The notes beneath the pieces were generated by a model that saw only the letters and a program-made list of their open reading frames with translations, searched no databases and was not told where the DNA came from. The translations under genes were made by a program, and so were the position numbers. From a virus (taxonomy: Duplodnaviria > Caudoviricetes): DNA of 64,000 bases. Position 1 is the first letter of the stretch, and the number at the start of each line of letters is the position of its first letter. The stretch is from the IMG/VR virus record IMGVR_UViG_3300050821_004803, positions 1,113 to 65,112 of that record; one strand, written 5' to 3'. Positions 35,605 through 46,400 of the stretch are shown piece after piece.

Positions 35605-36257
35605 TAACCTTTAAAATCTCCTGCCTTCATTGCTTCATATTGGGCTTTATATACCTGATAGTCTTCCGGATTCTTGAGATACGCCGCTGCTAACGAGTTA
35701 ACACCTGCAACCATCATATCAAGACCGTCATTGGGGATTAAAAGAGGGTCCGTTAGGTTACTGACAGTAACTACCTCGTTCTCATAATACACTTCGTAAG
35801 TTCCCTGAAATGCGGCTTTCTGAGGAGCCGGAAACAAAATAAGCGTGTTGGCCGACGCTAAAGATAGTCGTTGATAATAATTCGGCCACTGAGTCATTGT
35901 AGTAGCACTCAAGAGAGCATCAGGAATCTGCGCAGGCTGTCCTGCCGAGGCATCTTGTTTAACCGAGGGCAAACCAAGACTTTCATACGGAAGAAGAACC
36001 CTATCAAAAGTCCTATCATACACCGAGATGATACGCCGAATTCCGTCCGACGCCCCCGACAACGAATAACTACTGACGTTTAGCGTGGTTGAAAGCGTAG
36101 TCACGTTTCTGGTAAGATAATTATAAAGACTCGTATGCAGGGCATCCTTATGAATACGATCTACCCACGGAATTATAATAGCCGCATCGGGTGCAGTGGC
36201 GGCAAGAACTTGCCGCATATCAGAACTCACCGCATTAACAACATCTTGAACTTGCAT
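35604..36257 (-). CDS. head-tail adaptor-like protein
   Basis: PNYY...LILFPAP...Y, DPLLIP...GV pattern. Confidence 0.7.
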   Translation of the reverse strand: MQVQDVVNAVSSDMRQVLAATAPDAAIIIPWVDRIHKDALHTSLYNYLTRNVTTLSTTLNVSSYSLSGASDGIRRIISVYDRTFDRVLLPYESLGLPSVKQDASAGQPAQIPDALLSATTMTQWPNYYQRLSLASANTLILFPAPQKAAFQGTYEVYYENEVVTVSNLTDPLLIPNDGLDMMVAGVNSLAAAYLKNPEDYQVYKAQYEAMKAGDFKG

Positions 36258-36296
36258 TAGGGTCCTTTAAAAGTTGAGAGGGGTTTTGGACTGGGG

Positions 36297-37763
36297 TTAT
36301 TGGGTTAGGAAGGAGTAGCCGGATTGGGTGCCAATTTGATATTGAGTTGCGGGGTCAGATAGAATAACATCGTTGTTACGGAAGTTGATTCGCAAGTCAC
36401 GTCGCATCTGGGCGAGTCCTTCCATAAACTCCTTCTTCCAAACGCCAATCTTTACACCGAGGTCATCCGCCTTGCTTGTGTAGAGATTGGCGTAGTAGTT
36501 TACACCGGCCACAACTACATCAAAATACTGGTAAGGGATCTGTAAGAACTGGGTGGGTGTCGTTATTTGAGTCCGCTGCTGTTGGTAGTGGAAGCCTATA
36601 ACATAGCCCAACAGAGGGGCAATGGAACTGGTTGAGGGTGGCAGAGGGGAAGGAAACCTAAAATTGCTAGCAGGCCCTCGATTGGTGGTAAACAAAGTCC
36701 CGTTCGTCAGTACACCAAGTTGCCAAGCAATTCCAGCAGAATCACTAAGAATTAATCCCGGGACGTGAGGACCAACAACAGCTGTCGTGGTAAGGTTGCC
36801 TAGCGAATCCAAACCGACTTCCCATACCTGTCCAGAAGTGTCAGTTAGGAAAATTGACCCCGGTATAGATCCCCCCAGCTGTGATGTGGCCGTCAAAGTT
36901 CCTGTTAGTTGAACAGTAATCCCGAACAGTTGATCCAACGAATTCAACACATTGTACTGAAGCATTGGACCAATCGTATCCGTTACGCCTGTTGAAGGTT
37001 CGGTCCAAATAGACCCAACGGCTATAGGCGTAGAGTTTTGAAGGTAGAAAGGCGAATTAAGGCTGGTAGCAACATAGACGTTGTAGAAGCCATAAGTCAC
37101 CAGACTAGCCGAAGAGACATCAAGTTCCGGAGTATCCACCGTCAAGAGATTACCAGCAGGAACGACGATGTTACTATACTGAACACAGGGGAGACTCTCG
37201 TTCCCCGTAGAATCTACAATGGTTACGAGTATGTAATAATTTCTCTGCCAGGCCAAAACCCCTCCAGCAGTATAGTTACATACGGGTGACGAGGGAATCG
37301 GAGTATAGGCGTTATTGTTATCCGGCGGAGGATAAAGATGGAGGACTCCAGGGAAGTTGTACTCGTGTAGATAGGTCCGTGGTTGGGAGGATCGGAAAGT
37401 TCCATCCTTGAATTTGAGGGTGGCTGTAGTCAAAACACTCGTCGAATCCTGGGTAAGTTGTCGCTGATTGGTAAAATCAAACACGTAGTCCGGAATTATT
37501 GAAGCGATATTGGAAATGTTTAGACCGGTTTGTACGCATCCAGGGGGTGGGTTTCCAGTGCCAATCCAATAATCACTAGCGTCAGGTTGTGTAATAAACC
37601 GTTGTTCCTCTGAACGCAGGAAAATCCATTGGGATTCGCGTAGCATACGAAGATGGACTCGATTAAGGTAGTCCATGAGGGCAGTGCGATTAGTAGTTTG
37701 AACCTGACCATCTTGAATCACGGAATCAATCACAGATCCGGCGGTAATGGTATAATTACTCAT
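36297..37763 (-). CDS. adaptor/tubular A-like protein with internal insertion
   Basis: LMDYLNRV..W.FL, PRTY, LHLYPPPD, LQIPYQYFDVVVAG; paralogous to 35604-36257. Confidence 0.7.
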   Translation of the reverse strand: MSNYTITAGSVIDSVIQDGQVQTTNRTALMDYLNRVHLRMLRESQWIFLRSEEQRFITQPDASDYWIGTGNPPPGCVQTGLNISNIASIIPDYVFDFTNQRQLTQDSTSVLTTATLKFKDGTFRSSQPRTYLHEYNFPGVLHLYPPPDNNNAYTPIPSSPVCNYTAGGVLAWQRNYYILVTIVDSTGNESLPCVQYSNIVVPAGNLLTVDTPELDVSSASLVTYGFYNVYVATSLNSPFYLQNSTPIAVGSIWTEPSTGVTDTIGPMLQYNVLNSLDQLFGITVQLTGTLTATSQLGGSIPGSIFLTDTSGQVWEVGLDSLGNLTTTAVVGPHVPGLILSDSAGIAWQLGVLTNGTLFTTNRGPASNFRFPSPLPPSTSSIAPLLGYVIGFHYQQQRTQITTPTQFLQIPYQYFDVVVAGVNYYANLYTSKADDLGVKIGVWKKEFMEGLAQMRRDLRINFRNNDVILSDPATQYQIGTQSGYSFLTQ

Positions 37764-40149
37764 GTATGATTCGATTTCCTATGATATGTATATGTCCCAT
37801 CATACTTCGGGTAATGGGAGGGGGTCCTGTAGCAAATTCGACTGCGCCAATTGCAGGAGGACTGGGTCTGGTAACTCCAAAGTAATCAGCAGTTATTCCA
37901 CTAATTGTCACACCCGCGCCCGTAAGAAGGCTTCCTGAAGCGGGATAAAAACTATCCCCCGAGCTAGCATTATGTGGATTGAAAGAATCTAGTTGAGTTT
38001 CACTAACCCAAGTTTGAGAAGGTTGAACAACCAATCCCGGACTTACGCAAGTCTCCCCGGAATAGGTGCAAGCACCTGCGCCACTTTTGAAGTTCCACAT
38101 GTTATTATTGCTGCGAATTGTCCATTGGGTATCATCCGAATCGCCAGCATTTCCCTGACAAGCGGAATAGCAAATAAAGGTGATTGTTAGACCGTTCCAT
38201 GAAATGTTGTTAGGATTGGTGTAGCCATTGAAGGTGTTGTTACGCATGATTCTGGGAGCACCACCTCCACCACAGGTCACCGGAGTAACGGCAGAAATTG
38301 TAATAATAATACCGGAAGCTGATGGGGTAGTTGCATCGTAGACATAATTGTCGCTGAAGGGGGCGGAATTCGTAGCGGCTTGAAATGCAGTTAACAAGGA
38401 TACTCCTGTAACGACACCCCCACCTCCTACCGAGGTAACTTTAACTGTTCCTTCAGCTCCAACCCACAGGATATCATTTACATTCGCTCCGCTGCCTCCG
38501 TTTGCTACAGAAACTGCGGTAGGTTGTGTGAAACAAGCAAAATCAAAAGCTACGTTTTGACTGGCTACAGTGAAACTGTTGTTGTCTAGTTCAAACGATC
38601 CTACGACCGGCCATACCACCGCAATAGCAGAACCATCCGCTCTACATCTATCGGCATTATTAATACCCTGATTGTATGTAGAGGGTGCTCCAACAAGAGG
38701 TTGTGCATTACGACGGCAGTTATCGTTGGTAACCGTATTCTGCATCAACCAGGTGCCGGTACCCCCTAAGTTAGCTTTCCAGGTCTGTCCCCCATTGTTT
38801 CCTGCGTATGAGTTAGTAATAGTAACATGACCAATTGAGGTATGCGGTCCGAAGAAAGCATCCTTAACATTCCAAGCCATCTCACAATGATCGCAAGACA
38901 TCGACGCTAGAAAAGAATTCTGTCCGCTCCAGGCATCCCCAAAACCGTTATCCAAAATACTATACCCAATCAAAGCTGGATAGGTGTGGGTAATTGGATA
39001 TTCTTGATTATACCCATTAAAATCCATAGTCACATAGCTAGCTACAATTGTAGATGTGGGCGCATTTGGAAAGCCGGTACTATTGGGACCGCCGGGGCCT
39101 AAGTCAAAGTTCCATCCCGCAAAGGCGTTGTAGGACGAATTAACCCTAGTCATCGTAATTAATCCACCCAGGGGTCCGTAAATACCGGAAGAACTAAAGC
39201 CGTGAATCCAAACATCCTGCAATAGGATATCGTGCATAGCGTTGTCAGTCCGAATGCCGTTAGCGGCGAAATCATCATATGGCACGCCCCCTGAACACGA
39301 AATTGGATATGCGGGAGTGCCCGTTGTAATACAATTGGGGCCAAGGTTGGTGAACGTTGCTCCAGCGCTTGTAGTCGTTCCACCAATAGTCCCATTCCAA
39401 CTCGGTGTTCCGCTAGCCTGCGATGTTCCTGCCGTAGTCACACTCTGGGTGTTGGTTCCGTCGAAGATCGTTTGCCCCAACGTATAGGCGTTGGAATTAG
39501 CAAAAGCTGTTCCACCATCTACTTTGTTATGGGTCGTTAATTCAATACCTTCAATATCAACAAAAGACGAACCTTGTAGCTGCAAGGTCCACACCAAACC
39601 CATTCCACCAAAGAGCTGGGTTTCGTTTGTAGTTCCATATGGTTGATCGGTGGGATTAATTGGAGTACAGGTGTAGGTCCCGTAAGCGCAGCCACCCAAG
39701 ATTTGGGTATGTGCTCCGGAGGTACCAGATGGAATTGGCGGAGGAAAACAGGATGAATTAGGGTTACCAGAACCACACCACTCGTTCGGAGGTGCGCCAC
39801 TGTTATCATTATCGTAGCCAATTCGACAATCAGGGTCAGACGGATTTTGCTGTGAACTAAGGTGGGTGCAACCACGAATAACAACAATATCCCCACCTAC
39901 TATAACCCAAGCATTTGCATTTCCACTATTGTCTGACCACAAATAACGGAAATCGTTGAAGGCGCAGTGCTGGTTCGTGCCCGAGCCGGGATAGGCCACG
40001 TCAGCCTGGCCATCGCACTGTCCGGTAGTAACAGCAGAAGAGAAACGTGTTCCTCCATCTACACGAACGAACCACGTGGTAGTGGCATGTGCAAACCCTG
40101 CAGTAAATAAAAGAATAAAAAACAGCGCCAATCTAGTCGAATATCTCAT
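37756..40149 (-). CDS. secreted beta-helix-like protein (tailspike/depolymerase-like) with signal peptide
   Basis: Signal peptide MRYSTRLALFFILLFTAGFAHA; TTWFVRVDGG start; C-terminal DYFGVTRP..PAIGAVEF. Confidence 0.7.
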   Translation of the reverse strand: MRYSTRLALFFILLFTAGFAHATTTWFVRVDGGTRFSSAVTTGQCDGQADVAYPGSGTNQHCAFNDFRYLWSDNSGNANAWVIVGGDIVVIRGCTHLSSQQNPSDPDCRIGYDNDNSGAPPNEWCGSGNPNSSCFPPPIPSGTSGAHTQILGGCAYGTYTCTPINPTDQPYGTTNETQLFGGMGLVWTLQLQGSSFVDIEGIELTTHNKVDGGTAFANSNAYTLGQTIFDGTNTQSVTTAGTSQASGTPSWNGTIGGTTTSAGATFTNLGPNCITTGTPAYPISCSGGVPYDDFAANGIRTDNAMHDILLQDVWIHGFSSSGIYGPLGGLITMTRVNSSYNAFAGWNFDLGPGGPNSTGFPNAPTSTIVASYVTMDFNGYNQEYPITHTYPALIGYSILDNGFGDAWSGQNSFLASMSCDHCEMAWNVKDAFFGPHTSIGHVTITNSYAGNNGGQTWKANLGGTGTWLMQNTVTNDNCRRNAQPLVGAPSTYNQGINNADRCRADGSAIAVVWPVVGSFELDNNSFTVASQNVAFDFACFTQPTAVSVANGGSGANVNDILWVGAEGTVKVTSVGGGGVVTGVSLLTAFQAATNSAPFSDNYVYDATTPSASGIIITISAVTPVTCGGGGAPRIMRNNTFNGYTNPNNISWNGLTITFICYSACQGNAGDSDDTQWTIRSNNNMWNFKSGAGACTYSGETCVSPGLVVQPSQTWVSETQLDSFNPHNASSGDSFYPASGSLLTGAGVTISGITADYFGVTRPSPPAIGAVEFATGPPPITRSMMGHIHIIGNRIIHE

Positions 40150-40640
40150 GGTGTTGCCACCGTACAAGAACCGGTTCCAGTAACTTGAAACGTTCCATCG
40201 GAATAGTTAGTTACGGCGACGTTGCTCGTAGTACAGGAGATTGTTGATGTTACCGTGGGAGTAGTTGGAGGGGGTGTAGAAACCAAGGCCGGGATGGTTT
40301 TCGGTGTTTGAGCAACCCCATTTATACTGTATCCTACTGTGTAGGCTGTTGATTGCTGTTGAAATACAATAAACTTTTGCACATTGGGTGCAGGGTCAAA
40401 ACCACAAAGAGCGAGATTGGGTGTGGTATAGCTTACAATAAGCGGTAATTTTGGCGCAGTAATCGTCGTTGGACACCAAGTTGAACCAACCCCGAATTGT
40501 GCAACCGCTGTGGATGAAGAAATAGCAGTAATAGTGCAGGTTTCTGCGCATACTTGGACTGCATTTGCAATCTCCGCAACTGGAGTATTGGCTGGGGTTG
40601 TTTGAAATAACAACATCAATGCAAAGGTAAGAATTCCCAC
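40146..40640 (-). CDS. secreted Cys-containing hypothetical protein
   Basis: AGGAG RBS; hydrophobic N-terminus; Thr/Pro-rich linker. Confidence 0.65.
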   Translation of the reverse strand: MGILTFALMLLFQTTPANTPVAEIANAVQVCAETCTITAISSSTAVAQFGVGSTWCPTTITAPKLPLIVSYTTPNLALCGFDPAPNVQKFIVFQQQSTAYTVGYSINGVAQTPKTIPALVSTPPPTTPTVTSTISCTTSNVAVTNYSDGTFQVTGTGSCTVATP

Positions 40641-40649
40641 AATTATCTC

Positions 40650-41465
40650 CTAAATTGCATAGCAGGCCAACGAATAGGCCCCTATTCCGGTTGTACTGGT
40701 ACCATTCAAGAAACCGACCTCAGCAATAATTCCATTAAAAGAATCGCCCCCGTCACCCTCACCAATTAGGTTAGTAGGCTGAGTTAGCGCTCCTGCCTGT
40801 GTTCCTGAGCCATCGCTAGAACAAGTCCCCCCTGAACAGATAAAAAATGCCCACGCACCTGAGGTACTGTTCCATTGACCTACTACTGTAGTTGGACTAG
40901 TGGTAGAAATAGTAGCTGTCCCAACACCCAAAGAAACCACTCCAGCCACTAACAGCTCCTGATGAAGTGAACTATTTATCCGATATTCCATTGCCCCCGG
41001 TTGTCCCCCAATTATTGCAAGAGAAGCCCCACTGGTTGCGGGTTGAACAACAGCAAAGAAGGTATAAGTAGTAACCGTAATTGGAATGGATGTTCCAAAG
41101 GTTAAAACCCGGTTACTGGTAAAACCGTTGTAGGTCATTGCTGGGAGGGTGTTAATTTGATTGGTGTTATAAATCGGCTGTAGTCCGCCGGTACTTTGAG
41201 TTGCAGCATTGCTAGCCACAATTTCAGCCAAATTATTAACACCCGATCCATTAGTTGCAACCGTTGTCCCTGCTGCATCAACCCACCAATCGTAGGTCAT
41301 AGTAGGATGACTGGTACAAACGGGACCGCTACCACCCGTTGTAGGGGAATGTCCCCCAGAAGGAAGTGATTGATAATCTCGCAAGAGGGGTTTGGCCTGG
41401 AGGGGGTTTGTTTGCTGAAGTAACAAAACTATTGCTAGGAGTGTTTTTAGCGTATAACCCTCCAA
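40650..41465 (-). CDS. concanavalin A/LamG-like domain protein with hydrophobic N-terminus
   Basis: QPIYNTNQINTLPAM, YTFFAVV, IG....FNGIIAEV pattern. Confidence 0.65.
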   Translation of the reverse strand: MEGYTLKTLLAIVLLLQQTNPLQAKPLLRDYQSLPSGGHSPTTGGSGPVCTSHPTMTYDWWVDAAGTTVATNGSGVNNLAEIVASNAATQSTGGLQPIYNTNQINTLPAMTYNGFTSNRVLTFGTSIPITVTTYTFFAVVQPATSGASLAIIGGQPGAMEYRINSSLHQELLVAGVVSLGVGTATISTTSPTTVVGQWNSTSGAWAFFICSGGTCSSDGSGTQAGALTQPTNLIGEGDGGDSFNGIIAEVGFLNGTSTTGIGAYSLACYAI

Positions 41466-44400
41466 TCAATAGTAACGGCACCTGGAGTAATGGAACCGGC
41501 GCTCCAATTACATACATCAAAGTTAACGTTACCGGATGTCAAATAAGGTGTAATACTCAAACCTCCGGATGTGGATGGAACGTATCCTGTGACAGCTTTG
41601 ATGCTACCGCTAGGGTTCCACATGATGGAATCAGCTGCTGTAATACCTGTTACGGCTATCGTGGTTGTATTGCAAGCACCAGAAGCAATTGCGGCTGTAT
41701 TTAGTGCTGAGGCTGCCGTGGCTACCGTAAGACTATAGGGAACAAATCCACCAGAGGGTCCAACAGAAACCTGTCGAACTCCGGCTTTTATGCAGTCAGT
41801 AAAGGAGTTAGAAGTGGTATTCAAGACGCAGGTAGAGTCTCCACCAGAACCTTGAGTCCACGTATCCTGGGGGTTATTGACGGTGTCGGTAGATTGAAAG
41901 CCCCCCGTTGAAGTTACTTCCCAACCAATACCATTAGCCAGGGCTTCCCAGGGATGAGCAGCAGAACCAGAGGCCGTATTAAAAGATCCTATTGCCCCCG
42001 TACCGGTGTTGCTAGCAGTATCTATCCATTTCATAAGAGCTACGCCACTTCCCGTAGTTGCGTTATACTGGAAAGTGCTGGTATTTGCTGCCATCGTTAA
42101 AGAAAGATTGGTTGTGGGATTACCTATCGCAGACCAAAGAGTACCACCCGATCCGCTAAAGGTACAGGTTGTACTGGTACAAGAAACTCCGGAGCCCGTG
42201 AACGTAAAAGCTCCGGTGGTACTGTTGATACTAAGAACCCCGCTTCCACTTCCGGGACAAGCTCCGTTTGTTGAGCTACAAGCAATACCTCCGTTTAGAC
42301 TAACAACTTGTGTCCCCGCATTAACAGATAAAACACAAGTTGTAGCGTTGGTAGTCATACAAAAATTATTCCCAACAGAATACCAGAAGTTAGTTTGAGT
42401 AAAGACACCTGGAGTACCACTCTCTCCATACCCAACGGACCCTTGTTGCGACCCCGTGTGGTCATACAAATTAATAGCTGCATAGGAACTGGTTGAGGTA
42501 CTTTGAATTTTTAAAGTATTCTGGAAGGTATTGGTACCCGTAAAAGTCTGAGTCACAGCTAGCTGTGCGAGACTTGATACCCCGATACCGCTGTCTTCGA
42601 GCTGATTCCCGCCGACTGACAAATTGACAAAATCCCCAGCTGTCCCAGCAACAGGAAGAAAGTAGTTTCCAGAAAAAGCAGGTGCTACAATTGAAAGACC
42701 AAATTTAAACTGAGCCAAATTGCGATCTTCTACAATTGTACCACCAGTAAATTGACTGTCGTTGAATAATCCAGTTATCTGCGTAGTATGCATTCCGAAA
42801 TTTTCAAAGCATATAATGTATACACCCCCGCACGGAATATACGGTGTCAGGGTGTCCAAATCCCCAACTTGTTCAATTTGTAATACATTTCCCAGCGGTC
42901 CAATTAGATTAGCGAACGGAGGCAATGCCTTATAACCTCCACTTATTCCACTGTTGATATACTCACTCCACGGATGAGCATTACGCCAATTGATAACCGG
43001 ATGAGCGTAACTAGCACCGCCTCCAGTAGCGTTGAAGGTTATATCAATTCCTTTGGATGTGTAGCTAGGATTATCAGGGCTTGCTTGAGTAGATTCAAGT
43101 GCTATCATTCGTTCCGCATAAGCAGTAGGTGGCGGCGATGCGATAAGGTCTCCTGCATTTCCGGAATCTGCAGTAGTGACGACGTTGCCAGTAGTAAAGG
43201 GAACTTCGAACTGAGTTCCTGAAAGTCCAGTACTAGATACGGTCAACGCTTGCCCATTCAAGAAAGTAGCATTACTTAGACCAGAAAATAAAACAGTTTG
43301 TCCTGCTATGAAAGAATTCGTCGCTGTCAACGTTACAACATTAGAACTCACTGAGTATGCCGTAATGTTAGCTGTTCTAAATGGGACGTTATTGGCTTCC
43401 AATACTTCCGTAACCCCATCATGATAAAGACTCATTATCAGAGCGCCGGGATATACATGATAACCTGAAGTAACTGTCTCTGGTTGTACACCTGGTATCG
43501 GCAGTCCGTTGCCCCGTATACCGATAACTTGACGAAAACCTAAGATAAGACAGTTATGGGTTTTATCGGTGCAGGTTGAGCTACCTCCTGATACATCGGC
43601 CCCAAAAACAATATAATCGGTTAAATAAAATCCGTTTGATGGTGCGTTATCTGCATCAAAAGATAACAGTCCCTGAGTTCCACCGAAGAATACATAATCC
43701 CCAGCCACGTGAGGTTCGGCGTTTTTTACCGTTATTGTTTGCACACCGCTAACAGGAGCACTAACCGCCGTTACTTGTACCTGTTCTGGACCATAGTTAG
43801 ATGCAATCCAAGCAACATATGGAAGTCCAGTAGTAGGAAGTGTCTTACTGTCGTGCACAGTACACGCCACTGTACGAGAAACGGGAGGACCTAACACACT
43901 ACTAAGATTTCCATCCAGCAAGGCGTTAAGAACGCATATTCCGGTAGAAGCTGTGACAGAGCCGGTCACTGCCATGCTCCCTAAACCAAGAGCATTACTT
44001 TCCCACGTTGTACTTTGCGTTCCCGCTAGATTACCAGAAGAAATTGTATGACTAAGGTTCATTAAAAAACCACCTTGAATCAAAGAAGGTTCGGAACCAT
44101 GATTACAATTTACAACAGGTGCGATATCACCAGTACCGGTGGTCGAAGTAACGGAACCACCGCAATAACCACCAAACTGAGTGCCATTAAGATTCATTCC
44201 CGCAAGACATTCATCTGACGGCGCTACACACCCACCAGGACTCCCACCATAGGCATATATTTTAGCATAATCCCCTATAGCTCGACTATAATAAAAGATG
44301 GTCAAGCCCTGCCCAATACCGCTACTCCATTTAATTCCATTAATAATCATGCTTGTATGAGAACGCCAACCGGCCTCATCATTCGGGACCCCAGACGCGT

Positions 44401-45466
44401 TGCCCCTGTCCTCGCCATAGCCCCACATTTGAGCATAGCTTTGAAAAGCTGGACCATTAGCCGCTAAACCACCCTGAGAATAGTTACTAGCAAGACCGTT
44501 TGCTTCAGCTTGAGATGTAAAAGAAGAAGATCCAATAGTAGCTACAAAAGTTCCGGACGTAGTTCCAGAAACCGCACTAACAGTCCAAGTTCCATTAAAA
44601 GCCCCCGAGCCATTTCTAGTATTGGTGATTGTAACAGAATCACCTACAACGGGCGCGGGACTAACGGAACCGGGAATAGCTACCCACGTAAAAGTTGCAA
44701 CACCGGACGTAGCTACGGTATTTGTAATATTGTAAACCGGATTGGAGGTGTTATTAACGCCAAAAAAAGCCGGTTGACCTGTATTTTGAGCAAACATACC
44801 GATACTGGTTGAGGCAAAAATATTAGGTACATTAACCGTATTACTGGAGGGTGTGACAGTAAAACCCGGGATAGTTTGAGCAGCCGTACCCGCAGAATCG
44901 GCAAACTGCACCGCAAAAGATGGCCCTACAACACCCCCACTTCCGCCAACAGGCGAACAATTACCATTTAACTGTGGAACATTTGTAGAAACCCCGCAGC
45001 CAGTTCCTATCCATAGCCCCGACACATCTCCCGACAATGCGGCTCTAGAAGTCGTTGAACTGATGCCGTATACCAGTGCACCCGTAGGAAGAGTGGCTCC
45101 TCCACCGCCACCACTAGTGCAAATATAGGAACCCGAATAAGAACAGTATTGGGGTGTTATGGTACGATTATCTATAATCCCTACGTTAGTACAACCTACA
45201 ACAGCGGGAATACTCACACTGGAGTTAGTACCAACCAACACAACCACGTTCTCCGGAGACCCGGTTGCACAGGCAGCACTGGTGGCTTGTTGAACAGTCG
45301 GATAGACAGTACTGCCTGCATAAAAAGTATTGTTAATTTGAGGAAACTGATTCTGCTTCAAAAAGATATTCGAAGTTTCCAAAGCAGGAAAATTCAGAGT
45401 TTGAGCATCGACAACTTCGACTCCCAGCAAGCAACAAACTAAAATCATCCAAAGCCAACGTTTCAT
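41447..45466 (-). CDS. tail fibre/spike-like protein with signal peptide
   Basis: 1339 aa, G/S/T-rich; YPTVQQA, GVLSINSTTGA, LAVTQTFTGTNTF fibre-like motifs; signal MKRWLWMILVCCLLGVEVVDA. Confidence 0.7.
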   Translation of the reverse strand: MKRWLWMILVCCLLGVEVVDAQTLNFPALETSNIFLKQNQFPQINNTFYAGSTVYPTVQQATSAACATGSPENVVVLVGTNSSVSIPAVVGCTNVGIIDNRTITPQYCSYSGSYICTSGGGGGATLPTGALVYGISSTTSRAALSGDVSGLWIGTGCGVSTNVPQLNGNCSPVGGSGGVVGPSFAVQFADSAGTAAQTIPGFTVTPSSNTVNVPNIFASTSIGMFAQNTGQPAFFGVNNTSNPVYNITNTVATSGVATFTWVAIPGSVSPAPVVGDSVTITNTRNGSGAFNGTWTVSAVSGTTSGTFVATIGSSSFTSQAEANGLASNYSQGGLAANGPAFQSYAQMWGYGEDRGNASGVPNDEAGWRSHTSMIINGIKWSSGIGQGLTIFYYSRAIGDYAKIYAYGGSPGGCVAPSDECLAGMNLNGTQFGGYCGGSVTSTTGTGDIAPVVNCNHGSEPSLIQGGFLMNLSHTISSGNLAGTQSTTWESNALGLGSMAVTGSVTASTGICVLNALLDGNLSSVLGPPVSRTVACTVHDSKTLPTTGLPYVAWIASNYGPEQVQVTAVSAPVSGVQTITVKNAEPHVAGDYVFFGGTQGLLSFDADNAPSNGFYLTDYIVFGADVSGGSSTCTDKTHNCLILGFRQVIGIRGNGLPIPGVQPETVTSGYHVYPGALIMSLYHDGVTEVLEANNVPFRTANITAYSVSSNVVTLTATNSFIAGQTVLFSGLSNATFLNGQALTVSSTGLSGTQFEVPFTTGNVVTTADSGNAGDLIASPPPTAYAERMIALESTQASPDNPSYTSKGIDITFNATGGGASYAHPVINWRNAHPWSEYINSGISGGYKALPPFANLIGPLGNVLQIEQVGDLDTLTPYIPCGGVYIICFENFGMHTTQITGLFNDSQFTGGTIVEDRNLAQFKFGLSIVAPAFSGNYFLPVAGTAGDFVNLSVGGNQLEDSGIGVSSLAQLAVTQTFTGTNTFQNTLKIQSTSTSSYAAINLYDHTGSQQGSVGYGESGTPGVFTQTNFWYSVGNNFCMTTNATTCVLSVNAGTQVVSLNGGIACSSTNGACPGSGSGVLSINSTTGAFTFTGSGVSCTSTTCTFSGSGGTLWSAIGNPTTNLSLTMAANTSTFQYNATTGSGVALMKWIDTASNTGTGAIGSFNTASGSAAHPWEALANGIGWEVTSTGGFQSTDTVNNPQDTWTQGSGGDSTCVLNTTSNSFTDCIKAGVRQVSVGPSGGFVPYSLTVATAASALNTAAIASGACNTTTIAVTGITAADSIMWNPSGSIKAVTGYVPSTSGGLSITPYLTSGNVNFDVCNWSAGSITPGAVTIDWRVIR

Positions 45467-45642
45467 GGTGTTGCCCCCTTAAAGCTATCTGATTTCCACA
45501 ACGCAAACGCCCCCATGATTATCGACTCCCCAACGGCCAAACCATGTACAGAAAGAACAACTCCAATGCCCATAGCAACAAATGCCCAGACATTGGAGTT
45601 AACCGAATTAACGGCAAGAACGAAATTTTGGAAACGACTCAC
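45463..45642 (-). CDS. putative holin (two TM segments, not in ORF track)
   Basis: 59 aa ...VWAFVAMGIGVVLSVHGLAVGESIIMGAFALWK...; directly downstream of the lysin; ATGA coupling to the next gene. Confidence 0.55.
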   Translation of the reverse strand: MSRFQNFVLAVNSVNSNVWAFVAMGIGVVLSVHGLAVGESIIMGAFALWKSDSFKGATP

Positions 45643-45694
45643 GAACCACCCACTAATCTTTAGAATGCCCCCTTAGAGGGGTTTGGCCTGGCGG

Positions 45695-46147
45695 TTATTG
45701 GTATTTAGGAACCCTGGCAAGAACCTCCGCAGGATAGGCGGTGTTCGATCCTCCATTCCACAGTAGGAGGGCCTTCGTTACATCGTTGTTTGCTGCCTGT
45801 AGTTTCTTTTGAAGGACAGCCAAACCCCATGTTATTCCTGTGTCGGGGTCGCATAGAGCCGCCATATCCCCCCTATAGCCCGCAGAACGGACTGTTTCTC
45901 CCATTGTTTGGAATAGACCCCAACTAATCGAGCGGGCTATCTTTTCCGTAGGAGTTAGATTTTGTGGAACTTCATACCGCTGATAAAAGGCTGGTTCGTA
46001 TCGGATCGCCCAAGGGTTCCAAGCACTTTCTTGCTCAACAACAGCGCACGCTAAAGCAGGATCAAGACCAAGGGTACTTGCCTTGGCCTTTACTGCCGCA
46101 ATTAATGTGGGATTAACTGAAGGTCTCCAAACGCCGCTGTCGTGCAA
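45695..46147 (-). CDS. lytic transglycosylase (SLT) endolysin
   Basis: VEQES catalytic Glu, SWGLFQTMG, WNGG. Confidence 0.88.
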   Translation of the reverse strand: MHDSGVWRPSVNPTLIAAVKAKASTLGLDPALACAVVEQESAWNPWAIRYEPAFYQRYEVPQNLTPTEKIARSISWGLFQTMGETVRSAGYRGDMAALCDPDTGITWGLAVLQKKLQAANNDVTKALLLWNGGSNTAYPAEVLARVPKYQ

Positions 46148-46400
46148 CTTCTACAGCGCGAATTGCGTTGGCATCCTGACGAGGCTGCAACAGCCTCCGA
46201 TTGCCGACTTCGTAATCATCCAAACATTTTTCAACCGTGTCCGCACGCTCCTTATCAAGGTAATACGTACCTGGACCGTAGTTCTCGTGGTTGATACGAA
46301 CCCCTGGATGAGGCATATTAAACATATCAATATCCGGAACCGTTACATACCGATGAGTTGCTTTAACAGCCTCTACAACGGGATTATCGACTTTCGCCAT
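46113..46400 (-). CDS. hypothetical protein
   Basis: AAAGGA RBS; 95 aa. Confidence 0.65.
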   Translation of the reverse strand: MAKVDNPVVEAVKATHRYVTVPDIDMFNMPHPGVRINHENYGPGTYYLDKERADTVEKCLDDYEVGNRRLLQPRQDANAIRAVEVARQRRLETFS

